Source: Octopus bimaculoides (Eukaryota). From it: a stretch of 64,000 bases of DNA. Every line of letters begins with the position of its first letter. The first letter of the stretch is position 1. The DNA is taken from NCBI RefSeq assembly GCF_001194135.2, contig NC_068984.1:12003872-12067871 (forward strand). Reading direction: 5' to 3'. Shown one piece after another: positions 24,116 to 37,465 of the stretch. Both the position numbers and the translations under genes were made by a program. A model generated the notes under the pieces. It saw nothing but the letters and a program-made list of their open reading frames with translations. It was not told the DNA's origin and ran no database searches.

Positions 24116-24599
24116 ACACAAAAGGATCTAAAGTTAAAAAAACGAAAATAGATAAAAATTCAGGTAGGCGATGAGGCAAAAAATTTTCAATGAATTGAAA
24201 TCTGCTTTTTATTTGTTGGAGAGAGAAAACAAACGCCTTGTGGGCAATTGTTAGAGACTGTCAAAGAAAAGAGGAGATAATCTCACGTCGTTAAGAATTG
24301 GTTAAAGTTAACATTGTTGGTGATGGCTAATAGTAGTAAAAACGTAGGTGACGATGATGGTAGTGATAATGTTAGTAGTAATCTATAATATTGTTCTACT
24401 ACAGTCTACCTAAGAAACACTTTAAATAAACACTATATTAACTATGGAATAAAATCAAAGACATATCCTCTCAATAATCTTTGTCGTGTCCAATTCTCTT
24501 CAGGCCTCGTATTAATTACTACGTGAAAATCCTTCCTTTGTAGAAAGTCGACTCTCTAGAATTTCCCTCCCTCTCTGCCCATGACTTTCTTCGTACGTG

Positions 24600-24830
24600 T
24601 TGACTTACAAAAAAGATTCAGTAAGAAAATTAATGGTATCAGAATGCCTTCAGCATCATAACTCCTTCCGCAATACACAGAAAGCAACGAAAAAAAAACC
24701 CCCTCTGCAAGGCAACGGACTGGCAAACTATGGAACGAAATTGAAGACGTAATCTATTCTACACACAATATTTATAAATTATTCGTAAGAGAACTAACTG
24801 ACTTAGAAAGTATGGAACAAAGTAGTGGAT
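24600..24830 (+). mobile_element. Old LINE 3' end (L2/CR1-like)
   Basis: GKLWNEIEDVIYSTHNIYKLF resembles the LWN..P tail motif. Confidence 0.3.
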
Positions 24831-26989
24831 GTAATCAATTAAAAACAGCATTTTCTATTTCATTTTTACTATTTGTAAGACGATTGATATTTTTAATTAA
24901 ATGTGATACACTCTCTCTCACATGTGCGCGCAAACAGGAGAAATAGAACTCAATACATGACACAAAACTCAGCTCTTTAGTCACTTTATAACTTTTTGTC
25001 GATTCACATAAGGCAGTTTTAAGGCGTTTGTTATATATATTATTCTTTCAATTCGTTTTCAATAAATTTTATGACATAATCAATATGGAAAAGCGAATAG
25101 AATCAACCAGTATTTTCTCAAGGGCAATTGCATATAATTTCTTCCAAAGGGCATTCACTTCTTGGCATATGAAAATAATAGATAATACGATTCTCAAGGT
25201 AGAAGAGGTGACAAGTGCATTAATAAAGAATATAGGTTGTAAAGATTTTCTTTCCCATGTCTGCATCTTCAATACTACTTCGCTGGACTGAAATTAAACG
25301 CTCCAGAAAATACGATTTCACAAGACTTCCAATAATATTATAATTTGCGAAATAACAGCGGAATTTTTATGGGCATGTCTAGTTATATACTGTCGTTTGA
25401 CCTCCTACAAATATATACAGTTAGAAGTGTTAGAATAGATATGTTATATATTAGGATCAAGCTTCAATGAAGGTAATTTTCCAGCGAGCCACCACGACCT
25501 ATTTTTCGATTCACAGTTGCCACTATAAAGCTGGAAAATGGAAGGAGAACGTATGAACGGGGCTTCTTATTTTTACTCTCATAGAAAATAGGATTTTGAG
25601 CCTAGTCAAAAAGAAATCGATATGAATATAGATTTAGGCAAGTCTCGTGGACCAAGAAGCTCTTCACAAACCGAAATTGCAACGGCACTTCGAGTTTCAT
25701 CTAAAGCCATTTTATCACTAACTTAAAATACAGGCTGTGAATGCCATTGAAATTACAGACATGATAACCTTCACGCCACTTCTGAATCTTAATAGGGAAA
25801 ATCGTGTTATCCTCTCACCACAAAAATCATAATATTAGTCTAAGCCAAAGAGAGAGTTTTTAAGCGGTCGCTCGATTGGCTGAAATAGCAGTCAAATCAC
25901 ACTCTTATGATCTTAAATAGGGAAAGGACACATTTAATGATATATTGTCATATATGTATTCCTTAAAAGACGGGGTTAGTTACAGCTAGCGTACTTCTGG
26001 TCATAACCTTGCACGAGAAGGCATAATTTGAGACTAAACAGTAAAAACAAAAGGACGGAATATTCCTCGTTTCCGAGTTTAAGTGACACCAGTGATTCAC
26101 TGAGGAACAAGTAATTCTGTGAAGTCGACTCAATGGACTACGTTTCTTCCTCTACTTAAAATAAGCCTTGTGCCTGAGAGAGATCAATACTATCAGCAAG
26201 TAATGGCTAAGTTAGAGCGATAGTAGTAGTAGTAGTAGTAGTAGCAATAGTAGCAGCAGCCTGTAATAATAGTACCTTCATCAGCAACAGAAATAGCAGC
26301 CTTAATAGCAGTAAAATATAATTCGAGTTCTAGCCGTTTTCAATATATTATTTTCAGTTTTGTATTCGCCGCAAAAAATAAAAGGAAAGAGAGAAAGAAG
26401 AAAAAAGAGGCAGATTTAGTAGAAGCGTCAGACTTTAAAGAATTTGCTTAATCTACGTTCAAATTGCAAATGACATTAGCGCTATCAAGTTTGCCTTTCA
26501 TTACCAGGTATATACTGAGGAGTCAATTCGATCGACTCTATATACCTACCTCCACTTAAGAATATTGACCTTGTGTCTGAGTGAAAAAAAAAATCGATAA
26601 ACTATTTGAGGTCCAGTGCAAAAAATAAAAAATATAAGGAAAAATATATAGACGTTCTTATAGAATAGCGTCGGCAATTATCTAGTTCCCCCACCTCTGC
26701 AAATAAAACCTAATTTCTTCGGATGTGCATGTTTAAATATGGTAGATTATAATTCTGAAAAAAATATATATATTCAGTTTTGACTTTATTTTCAAAAAAC
26801 TTTTTTTCGGGCTTATGTTTTAATCATCTCAGATTTTGATACTTTAAAAACATGCAAACATGCGTAACTTTTTAAAACATAAATAAATAAAAAAGAAATT
26901 CGGAAAATATCAAAACTGAAAAATTACGGAAATGGGTAAGGCAAAAGTAAGTTTTTTAAAATTCTTCTTTTGCAAGAGTTTTAATCTAC

Positions 26990-27240
26990 GATACTTAATT
27001 AGTTTTGGCGCGCTATATAATTTTCGACGTTATTCTACACGAACACCTTATGATAAATATTGCTTCATGATTTATATTGAAAATCAGTTGAACCAGGTGT
27101 CGAAACCAGCTTACGCTCGAGGCTTAACAGCTTACTTCGTTACAGTGCGGAGCTCGCAGCAGCTCAGATTGAAACACACATACACATTTTACTCAGAATT
27201 ATAGTGTCTCTTTTTGCTAGTTCCATATACTGTCTACAGC
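26990..27240. promoter_or_regulatory. Candidate promoter/first exon, probably minus-strand gene
   Basis: TTTGGCGCG (E2F-like) at 27004, TATATAA at 27014, high CpG, two minus-strand GTAAGC donors at 27130-27135 and 27109-27114. Confidence 0.4.
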
Positions 27241-27464
27241 AGTGTATGTAACACACAGACACAGTGTATTAAAAATGTTAATGTTTACGCATGATGTAAA
27301 GAAAAAAAAAGAAAAGAAACGTGGTAATCGAAATCAAAGCAATGTTGCTTCACTGTTTTGTTGGAAAACAAAATTATTCAGTATAAAACATGTCCAAATT
27401 CCGCCAGGATCGACTTTGCCTTTGATTTCCACCCCCAACTCCTACCCACAATTTTAGACCTCGT

Positions 27465-27785
27465 CAGGGCCTCTAAAAAAATTTTGCAAGGCGGTACAAG
27501 ACTCCTTTGCGGCCCTGGGCTGTAGGTAGATATTCTTGCTGTTATCATAAGTCTATACAACTAGGGCTACGATAATTAATAATAAATACTAATTAAAAAA
27601 ATGCAAGTGTGGTGTAATAAGTATAGTGATGTTTGTCTATGTGAATGCAAGTTCATGTCGTGCTGGGGTAGTAGAAAGTATTTGTTTTCGAGGGGAGATG
27701 GATGTTTCATGATTGCTGTGGGGCCTTTCTTAGCTCTTGGGCCTCGGAACGAAGTACAGGCTGGACCTCACTCTCGGAGGCCCTG
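27465..27785. mobile_element. Possible MITE
   Basis: Short TIR CAGGGCCTC / GAGGCCCTG; no TSD found. Confidence 0.3.
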
Positions 27786-29329
27786 TTCCATAGCACAAAG
27801 GATCATTAACGAGTCGTTAGACGTTAAAACGTCGGACCGACTCACTGCACTTTAGGTTCAAATCTGCTGAGTCTGCCTTGCATTAGGAGTTAATAAATGA
27901 AATTAAAAAGATCAATCCTAGCCAGTGGATTGCGGGACTGTAAGAATGTTAGAGTGCATGCCTAGCGGTATTAGTTTTTTTTTTTAATGCGTTCCGAGTT
28001 CAAATCCCGCCATGGCCTACATACATCGTAGACTCAGCCCGTCACCCGGTTTAACACTACCACCTGGTACCTTCAGTGCTTTTAGAGGTGTTCGCTCTGT
28101 TGCAAGTATTTGGGTTAAGTTTCCAGCTCGTGGATACCTTCCTTCAGTCTTGGAGACCCTGCAAACGAGTGAAGGGGGCCTGTCTTCGAGTAACCTTGTT
28201 TTTCGATATTAAATTCAAATTGATCTTTTGACCGCGCTTTTACGCTCCTAAATTATAATTTGTTCTATAGTTGGACGTCCATGTGCGAAAATTACTATTG
28301 TCGACGAAAACGAGACACTAGGACATTGGTGTTATACTCCGAAAAGTTTGGATTAGTTTTGGAGTCAGTGAATACGTACTTTTAAACTGTATATTAATAA
28401 CGAAACGGGGCTCTGAAGGTAATCAAATTCACAACAGTTGTGCATATTGACGACAGTTTGTAGAACGTGCCCGGCCGACCAATATCCAGTTGATTGATTA
28501 TTCTTTAATTATTTTTACTTCTGTCAAATGTATCAGAACTGAAATATAGCTTCTTTTTATATATTTTAAATATATTTTTGCGATATTTCGAGTTTTAGTT
28601 TTCGCAAAACAATTTAGTATCATCACTTATTTCCTAGTTAAATTTAGGATCTTAAAAGCAAGGACGACGCTTGTTTTCCCTTTTGACTAAATAATAAAAA
28701 ACAAAAAGAAAAAAAAAACTAATTCAGAGAAACTGCTAGTTCCCCCTCTAGCTCAGCCAAACATGACCCATTAATTTTTTTCGTCTTCCCTGCTGCTTTA
28801 AGTACATTACGTCTAAATGTAACAAACATGTACATATGTAACTTACAGTTGCGTGAAGCGTTAACGTAACATTTGAAATGCAACAAACTATTCTGTAACA
28901 TATACAGAGTGACTGCTTGTTTTTTTTTATTTTTTGTCTGTGTATGTATCAGTGTTTACTCAGTTTATGGATAAGCATGCTTGTTTGTGTGTGTGCTTTC
29001 AGACGTGAATATGTACTGGCGTATTTATTTTTGTTTTTACATTTATGTACAAATTATTTACGTACAGAAATCTTTCCTAGTGAATGAAATGGAAAAGAAC
29101 CTGTTTATATATATATATATATATATATGCAAGTATAAATACGAACATTACGGCAATGTAAATATGCAAGTATAAATAAATACACACACATGAACGGTAG
29201 AACAAACAATAAATAAAACTCAATACTGGAATAAACATATTTTATTTATAATCGGTAGAAGTTACAAAAGGGTTGAAGGCGGAGAGTTTCGTTCATGACA
29301 CTTTGTAACTTGTCAATTATAATGCTATG

Positions 29330-30031
29330 TGAGTGTGTGTGTGTAGTTTGTACGCATAATCGCGGGAATATTTCCACGTGGTTTGTATGATTTTTTTTTG
29401 TGTAAATAGTTGTTACGCTGTTTTACTCCATAATAATATCCACATGCGTTGAAGTTCATTGCACACAATAAGCAATTTTATTTCATATTATTGTACATAC
29501 ATTAAATAGATGTCTCTAATGTGCAGTGCAAAATAAGTGAATAAACATAGAAAAATATAAAAGGGTAAAAAGAATGGTTTAGTATTTATCAAAATAACAG
29601 CTTATGTCTTTTTTTTTTTTGTATGCACACGTTCCTCCATACACACACTAGAAGAAAAGAAAGTGACTCCATAACTAATACTACTACATGATGTGAAGAG
29701 TTTTATAGTGCCCAAACAAACAAGCAGAAAGAAATTTGCAATAAAGTTTCTGATTAGTTAGAAAAACTAGCGCCAAAATTGGCAGCCAATATATCTATCT
29801 TTCTTGGAAGTTAATGATGGGAGCATAATCCATCGTTTGTTATCACTTATTTCAAAGGGATTAGCATTCTGATATTAGCCTATGTTCTTTCGATTTTCTT
29901 CCATTCCTCACTCTTTCTCCAACTTTTATAATAACTTTTTGTCTGGCTGCTGAACGAATTTTGTCTGATTTGCCTATTTATTTTATATATCACATTTTAG
30001 AAAAAAATATCGCCATTGCTTCCAGGTAGGT
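29330..30031 (+). promoter_or_regulatory. Candidate promoter and first exon of a plus-strand gene
   Basis: GCGGGAA, CCACGTGG, GCGCCAAAA and CCAAT motifs; donor CCAG|GTAGGT at 30026; CpG falls off shortly after. Confidence 0.35.
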
Positions 30032-30865
30032 TTCCAGCTCTCTTATCACAGCTTCGCAACATTTTCGCTGGTTAGAGTGACAAGAGAGTGCCTCCTTAAC
30101 TGGGACAGAACAAATAGCACACAGATAAAGATTCTGCGTGTATTTATAATCCGAAGTATTTATACAACCAGTTAGCAGAAATACATATGTTCCAGTGTAC
30201 AGTGTATATAATCTATTTTTAATTTAAAATATATGCATGCAATTGTTTTTAATTGGATTAGTCTGCTTAATTTAAATCGTACCCTCCCAGTCACACACAC
30301 TCGTACATGTATAATTTCTATTGCCGTGCATATGGATTAAGAATCAAATGTATACACACCACACATGCACCATGCATATATATAGTCATACGATTATGTT
30401 TGCAAAAATTTCAACTTTAAAAATAACTAACTGCCCTTTTCAATTTTCTCATATTTAAGTGCATCAAAAGAGTTCAGATTTAATCCAGATTTCAATTTTC
30501 AGTGAGTGTGTGTACATGTGTAGAAATTTGATTCTGTAGAGTTCCAAGTTTGTATTTAACCTATTGAAGTTGGTTTTCCAATGAGAGCTTTGCCCTATTT
30601 CCTGCAGAAGATTTTTTGGATCTCAGATAGGCTTGGCAACTGAAACTAGCTCAAAGTGGCTGTGGTTGACAAGAGACTGCAGCTGAAACCCTTCCACTGG
30701 TGAAGATTAATTCTGGGTCCTTGCTGCCCCACTGAGGCAAAGTATAAAAGCTAAGGAGTCAAATGTTTGTGACCCTGAGATACCTTTTGAAAATATCGAA
30801 GCATTTCCAGCTTTGCAATGGCTTCAGTCACCACCAGAAGAAGAGCTTGCAGTTTCTGTCTGGAG

Positions 30866-31104
30866 CAGTGGTTCTCAACCATTTTTGCCCGTGGACTTCT
30901 TTGATTCCTATTCTACTCAGGTGGACCCTCCCCCTTAGCCATTTGATGTTTAAAAAAAATCCTCATTATATTTTTATAATTGAATATTATTAAGAATTGT
31001 ATTGAAAACATTAAAACATTTTGTGTATTGTAAAAGAAGAGCCAATTTATTGCAGATGAATTTTAACAACAAAATCTTATGTGGACCCCGGTTGAGAACC
31101 ACTG
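30866..31104. mobile_element. hAT (Charlie-like) MITE
   Basis: Perfect 15-bp TIR CAGTGGTTCTCAACC / GGTTGAGAACCACTG; decayed 8-bp TSD GTCTGGAG / GTCAAAAG. Confidence 0.9.
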
Positions 31105-31327
31105 GTCAAAAGCACAGCATCTCTGAATTTTATAAACATTTTGGCCCTGTGTTTATACCTTTGTTTTTATTTTGATTCGGTACTCATTACTTGGAAGGTT
31201 CTACATGTTTTTATATTCAAGTATTTATATGCTCAAGAGAACGAACACATGTAAAATGCATTTAAACAAAAGAAAATCTGTGACATCTCCTGTATTCCAT
31301 TGACTTCATTTCATTTGAATTCATCAG

Positions 31328-31371
31328 ATATTCAGAAAAGAAATTCCAAATTTGGAAGTAAAAAGACCAAG
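31328..31371 (+). CDS. Possible small exon
   Basis: Acceptor TTCATCAG, donor AAG|GTAAAC, two open frames; no homology recognised. Confidence 0.2.
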
Positions 31372-31899
31372 GTAAACCTCGTGAAGTTTTAGCATCAAAA
31401 GACAAGGATTATTGCTATTGCAAAAGGGCCATGCTCAATATGCAGGAAAGGAGTTGATAGGAATTTCATACAATGGACACAATGTGATGTAGTGAGATTC
31501 CCTAAAGGCTGACAGGACACATAAGTGATGTAGTGAGATTCCCTAAAGGCTGACAGGAAAGGTAGATGACATGCAAAGCATAATTAGTTGTAAGAGCACA
31601 TTAGCTAACTTGTATTTTTGGGAGGATCATTATACTAAATAGTAAACACATGCACTGGTTCTGTTTCACTTCTGTATTATTCGTTAATTGGTTTACAATT
31701 TAACCATTTAAGTACTTGATTGTTTGGTAAACCATCTGGTTAACCATCCGGTTAATCGGGTTTGTCAAAGTATTTTCATCACCATTCATGACCTCATCAA
31801 ATGACATGACCTTGAGCAGAGAGAACATGTCATTGATGAGGTCATGATAGATACTTGACATTTCAACATAGTTCAACATTATCTTGGGATGAGACAGGT

Positions 31900-33235
31900 T
31901 GTATTTTATGTCCTTGGGGTCACCCTGAAAATAGAGAACCAAAATGAACATTGTTGGAATTTCATACATTTTTTAATTGAAAAAAAGGTAAGAAAGTGAC
32001 AGAAACCTACAGGAAGATATGGTCTGTGTATGGAGGGGATGTTTTGGAAGGTGTGTGCCAGAAGTAGTTTCAATATCATGGTGAGGATATTTTTCAGTTC
32101 AGGATGCACTTTGTTCTGGCTAGTCAACTGAGACAAAATGAAGGATTTGGTTGGCATCAACCCTTGTTATACGACCATGTTTTCAACCCTTGATGGTTCA
32201 AATTTGGTGTTGCAAACCATCTGCATCAACTTGGTTATATCAGCAGGTTTGATATTTGGGTCCTACGTCAACTGAATGAGGTTAACCTTACCCTACAGAT
32301 TTCTATCTGCAATTCATTGCAGAAACATGAAGAAAATGGTAATTTGTTTTTCTTTTTTTAGAGAATGGTAGCAGGGGATGAAAAATGGATCATCTATAAC
32401 ACTGTGAAGTGCAAAAGATCATGAGGGAAGTGTGGCAAATTACCTCAAACAACCTCCATAGCAGGACTTTACATGAAGAAGGTTATGCTTTCAATTTGGT
32501 GGGACTGGAAGGGTATTGTCTTTTACGACGTTCTTCTCATGGACAGGACCATCAATACAAATGTGTAGAGTGACAAACAGGACAAATTAAATGCAGGGAC
32601 CCACAAAATGTGTCCATCTAATCAATAAGAGCATCCCCTTTCATCATGTCAATACTTGACAGCACACTTTTATGCAGATGCAGCACAAGTAACTGGGGCT
32701 TGACTGGAAAGTTTTGTCACACTCTCCATATTTACCTAACTTTGTAAGGTGGTGAAGCTGGCAGAATCGTTAGCACGCCGGGTGAAATGCTTAGCAGTAT
32801 TTTGTCTGTCTTTACATTCTGAGTTCAAATTCCGTCAAGGTTGACATCGCTTTTCATTCTTTCAGGGTCGATAAATTAAGTACCAGTTGCATACCGGGTC
32901 GATCCAATCAATTAGCACCCCCCCCCACCAAATTTCAGGCCTTGTGCCTAGAGTAGAGAGGATATTTACCTAACTTTGTGCCTTCAGATTTCCCCTTGCT
33001 TCAGTGTTTTCAAAATTCATTAAATGGGTGTAAAAATTCGTCTGGGAGACATTTTTGCCAGTAAAAGTAAGAAATTCTTTGAGCAAAAAATAATGGATTT
33101 CCTTGCAAGATGGCCGAAGAAACTGGAACCCAATGGTAACAATATCATTGATTGGATAAATGACTTTGTGTTTAGAACTTGTACTTTATTTTCTCTTAAA
33201 AAAAAAGCCAAACATTTTTGGCTGACCCAATTTAT
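31900..33235 (+). mobile_element. Near-complete decayed mariner (DD34D) transposon
   Basis: WVLRQL, GDEKWIIY, KKVMLSIWWDWKG, HSPYLPNF..PSDF motifs; 3' TIR-like TTTTTGGCTGACCCAAT. Confidence 0.9.
32746..32961 (+). mobile_element. Family N SINE inserted in the mariner
   Basis: Perfect 18-bp TSD ATATTTACCTAACTTTGT at 32728-32745 and 32962-32979. Confidence 0.95.
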
Positions 33236-33255
33236 GTACACACACAAATATGTAT

Positions 33256-33286
<31 letters not shown>

Positions 33287-33647
33287 TGTATATATATGCA
33301 TATGTGTGTATATGTGCGTGTGTGAAACAAAAGTCAGTTTATAAGATATTTAGTAACTAAATAACTTATAAACAATTTCCCATGTTTTTTTCATTTTCTG
33401 CAAATACTCTGCAACATTCAGACACAGATTTCATAACAAAAGATACAATTACAATACATGAGCAGAAATACACACAGAGTTCTAAACACTGGCTATCTGA
33501 CATGCAAATTAAGGCTTAAATTGTACTAGATAAATGAATGAATGTATGCATGCATGTATGTATGTGTGTATGTATGTTATTCAGTTTCTTTCAAAATTTC
33601 TTGCCAATAGAGAAAGAGCTGGTTTGTAATCTAGATCTATGTATGTA

Positions 33648-34517
33648 TGTGGTCTGATCAATAAGTATCCGGACTGTTGCCATAGTAACGAAGTTAGTGC
33701 ACACAGAGTAAATCCACTAGGCACAGACTGACTTTGAACTCTGCAGTGCATGTGTACTAAGTTTTAACATTTTAGCTCGTTTCTGCTGTTTACAGCAGTG
33801 CTTCGAAGGAAGGTGTGTAGTGTGTGTTTGTCACATTGACAATGACAGAGAAAATTGAGCAGAGAATCTGCATTAAATTTTGTCAAAAGCTTGGCGATAC
33901 CTACTCTGAGTTTACAAAAAGTTTTCATCATTCTTGTCACAATCAAGGAGATTTTGTGCAACTGAAATCCGAGTGTCTTTTTGGTCAGCTGAAAGCAGTT
34001 TTGACACAAACTTGGCAGACACGTGTCTCCTGTGGTAATGGACTAAACTGAACTGTAACTAATCTGCACATCCTCTGATAACTCATAGATGATGATTCGA
34101 CGATTTCCCTTCGCAGATGCATGCACATCTGCAATGTTTTTCTCAGTTCTGTTGGTTATGGGTCTCCCAGAATGTTTGTCAATATCGACATTTTTTCGGC
34201 CATCTTGGAAACATCTGAACCACTCTTATACTTGTGTGCGACTCATACACTCCTCTCCATACATTTTCCACAACTTTATGCAGGCCACTGAGCAGCTATC
34301 GCCATGTCAACTTTCTCTGTCATGGCCAATGCAACGATCATACACCACACACCTTCCTTCCAAGCACAGCTGTAAACAGCAGATGTGAGCTAGAATGTTA
34401 AAACTTAGTGCACATGCACAACAGAGAACAAGGTCAATCTTTGCCGAGTAGCTTCACTCTGCATGCTTTAGCTTCATTACTATGGCAACAGTCCGGATAC
34501 TTATTGATCAGACCTCG
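33648..34517. mobile_element. Non-autonomous mariner derivative built from two 5' ends
   Basis: TIR GGTCTGATCAATAAGTATCCGGACTGTTGCCA at both ends, TA flanks, transposase N-terminus on + in the left arm and on - in the right arm. Confidence 0.85.
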
Positions 34518-34529
34518 TACCTATGAGTA

Positions 34530-36075
34530 GAGTGTGGCAACTACAGAGGTATTACTCTAGTATCAGATGCTGGCAAGGTTCGGGCAAGTATTCTTCTCAC
34601 CTGCTTGAATAGGTCGTCTTGTAAATGATGTTCTATCTGAATCTCAATGTGGTTTCCAATCTGGAAGAGGAATGATAGATATGATTTTCACAGCGAGACA
34701 GATGCAGGAGAAGTGTTATGAGTAGAATATGGATCTTGTCCAGGTATTCATTGATTTAACCAAGGGCCTTTGATACTGTGAATAGGGCCTTCCTATGGAA
34801 AATACTTGGCAAACTTGGATGTGCGGATCACTTTGTATCAATAATCAAATCATTTTATGATGGGATAGAAGCTTGGGTCAATGTTGGTGGTAGCATCGTA
34901 GGATCCATTCCTGTAGAGAATGGTATCAAGCAGGGTGACATCCTTTCCCCAACTCTCTTTTCTCTGTACTTTGCTGCTACTCTTACTCATACTTTTGTTG
35001 TGGACAACTCTTCTGGGATATATGTTATGTTAGGTATTGATCTTCTGTTCGTCTTTTTAACCTGCGTCGATTTGCTGCCAATTCAAAAGTTTTCCAGTCT
35101 CTTATTCGTGACCTCCTTTATGCAGATGACTGTGACTCTCATACAGTGAATGATATGCAAATACTTGTGAATCATATTTCTGCTTCTTGCAAGGTATTTG
35201 GACTCAGCATTAGCCTGGACAAGATTGCTGTAATGTTCCAGCCTGCACCAGGAAATCCATATGTGGAACCAGCAATCCTGGTTGAAAGAACAATACTGAA
35301 AGTGGTAGACAAGTTTCTCTACCTGGGAAGCACAATCAACTGTTCTTGCTCTCTGAATGATGAAATATCTTTCAGGCTGCAGAGAACAACTGATTCCTTT
35401 AGGTCTCTTGAGTCTCATGTCTGGTCCCAACATGGCATTACAAAGCAAACCAAAATTGCTGTGTACTGGGCATGTGTACTGACATTGCTCCTTTACTCAT
35501 GTGAGATATAGACCTTGTAAAGGTCCTTGAATGCTTCCATCAGAGACCTTAAAACCTCCAGATACACAGGTCCTGAAGAAAGCTGATATCCTGAGTATTG
35601 AGGCAATGGTGCACAAACACTGGTTACATGTTAGAATGAATGATAGCAGGATCCCTAAACATGCTATATGGGGAACTTGTTAGTGGAAAGTGACCCTGTC
35701 AGAAGCCAAGACTGCGATTTAAGGACTGCGTAAAGTTCTCATTAAAGGCCTGTGAAATGCAGGAGGCTGACTGGGAGAGCAATGCTTGTCATCGCCATGG
35801 ATGGAGGAAACAGATAAAGGAGGGAGTCGATACCTTTGAAAGAGCACATATTCTTCATGAAGAATTTAAGTGTGCTGCTTGAAAACACACTGCTAGTGAA
35901 ATGAATAGGGAAAGCTTGGTCTGTAATGTTTGCAGTCATGTATGTTTGTCAAGAACAGGGCTCATTAGTCACCAGTGGAACCGCAAGTGTAAGGTAGTAT
36001 AAGGTAGTCTTGAGCACACAATGTTCTTAAAGGTCAGTAATGGTTTTCCTTGATCACGAATGGATGGCCGTATGT
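34530..36075 (+). mobile_element. RTE/BovB-like LINE, RT domain to 3' end
   Basis: YRGITL, DMIFTARQMQEK, FIDLTK, GIKQGDILSPTLFSLYF, LYADD, LLYSCE, and a single terminal CNVC..SH finger. Confidence 0.92.
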
Positions 36076-36139
36076 ATGTCATTATTCAGTTTTATTTCAA
36101 GATTTCTTGCCAATAGAGAAAGAGCTGGTTTCTAATCTA

Positions 36140-36305
36140 CCCACTACGCTCTCGGAGCGGTTGGTGTTAGGAAGGGCGTCCAGCCGTAGAAACCTTGCTA
36201 GATCAGATTGGAGCCTGGTGCAGCCACCTAGCTTACCAGTTCTCTGTCAAAACCGTCCAATCCATGCCAACATGGAAAGTGGATGTTAAACGATGACGAT
36301 GATGA
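36140..36305 (+). mobile_element. Family A repeat
   Basis: GGTGTTAGGAAGGGCGTCCAGCCGTAGAAAC..ATGGAAAGTGGATGTTAAACGATGA. Confidence 0.85.
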
Positions 36306-36499
36306 TCTATGTATGTATGTATGTATGTATGTATGTGTGCATGCATATATGTATGTATGTATGTATGTGTTGATCTCATTCTCACAGTGGAATCTGTAAA
36401 AGAATTAGTAAAGAAATTTGAGGAAAATGGTTATATATCTACTCCTTTCAAGTACATGACCCTGCTTCATATTGGAAAGGTATAAACATTTTTGGTATT

Positions 36500-37300
36500 T
36501 TGTCCTAGGTTTTCCTCTTCCACAGGTTCCCTCCACATTTGGAGATCGACATTCCTCTATGCAGCTGTCTTCATCCATGTTTCACATCACAATACCAGCT
36601 CAGTTTTCTTGTTTGTACACTACATCTGATGCCTCTTATACACAGTTTTTCTCTCGATACATCTAAACTTTGTCACACATGCAAACTGACATTGCGCATC
36701 CAGCAGAGCATGCTGGTTTCACTTCTTTCAAGCCTTTGCATGTCCTCTGCACTCACAGCCCATGTTTCCCTGGCATGTAGCATAGCTGTCCATACACAGG
36801 CAGGCATCATACAATCTGCCTTTCACTCTGAGGGAGAGGCCCTTTGCTACCAACAAAGGTAGTAGTAAGATAGCAACTCTCTGAACTTTGCAACTAAGCT
36901 TTCAGAACTTCCCTCTTGACTGCTTACTTGGTTGCCTAGGTAACAAAAGCTATTGACTACTTCTAAGGACTAAGCCCCCTCCCTCTCGCTGTCACCACCA
37001 ACATTTGAGAAAATCTATTCTCTGTACATTCCTAGTGTTTATTATACCTGCACAACTGCCACACAAAAAGACTACTTTCTCTGCTTATCTTCTTATGATC
37101 CACTGCAACTCTTTTGTGTCCATAGCTTGCACTGGGTACACCACATAGAATTTTTAGCTACACCTTTTTTTTTACATATTGAGTAGGGTCATTTCCTTGA
37201 AGGGATAAGTAATTTCTCTGCTTTCTTGCTTACTATTGTTTTGGTCTTTGCTTAATTAACTCTAAAGTTCTTTGATTTACAGTCTTTGCTTCCACTCCTA
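36500..37300 (-). mobile_element. RTE fragment, inverted counterpart of about 19480-20390
   Basis: Reverse complement aligns by eye with the RTE at 19.5-20.4 kb, including shared defects. Confidence 0.9.
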
Positions 37301-37323
37301 AAATTTCTTAGCATCAATGTTTA

Positions 37324-37465
37324 CTGAAAGTGGATGGAACTCATGGAAGAGGGAGATCTAAAAATACATGAGACGAAATAGTAAAGGACAACCTCAGAAT
37401 GCTAAACTTTTTGGAGAGATGACAAAAGACCAAGACACCTTGTGCCTTGTTGTATTTAAGAAGAC
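37324..37465 (+). mobile_element. RTE 3' end fragment
   Basis: LKVDGTHGRGRSKNT*DEIVKDNLRMLN. Confidence 0.7.

Noticed and set aside
28012-28212. GC-richer ORF-like stretch in the CpG island
   Set aside because: No recognisable homology; the open minus frame has no start codon, so it is kept only as part of the promoter island
31484-31558. Exact 34-bp direct repeat with 41-bp period
   Set aside because: Two copies only, no other structure; consistent with an ordinary slippage duplication
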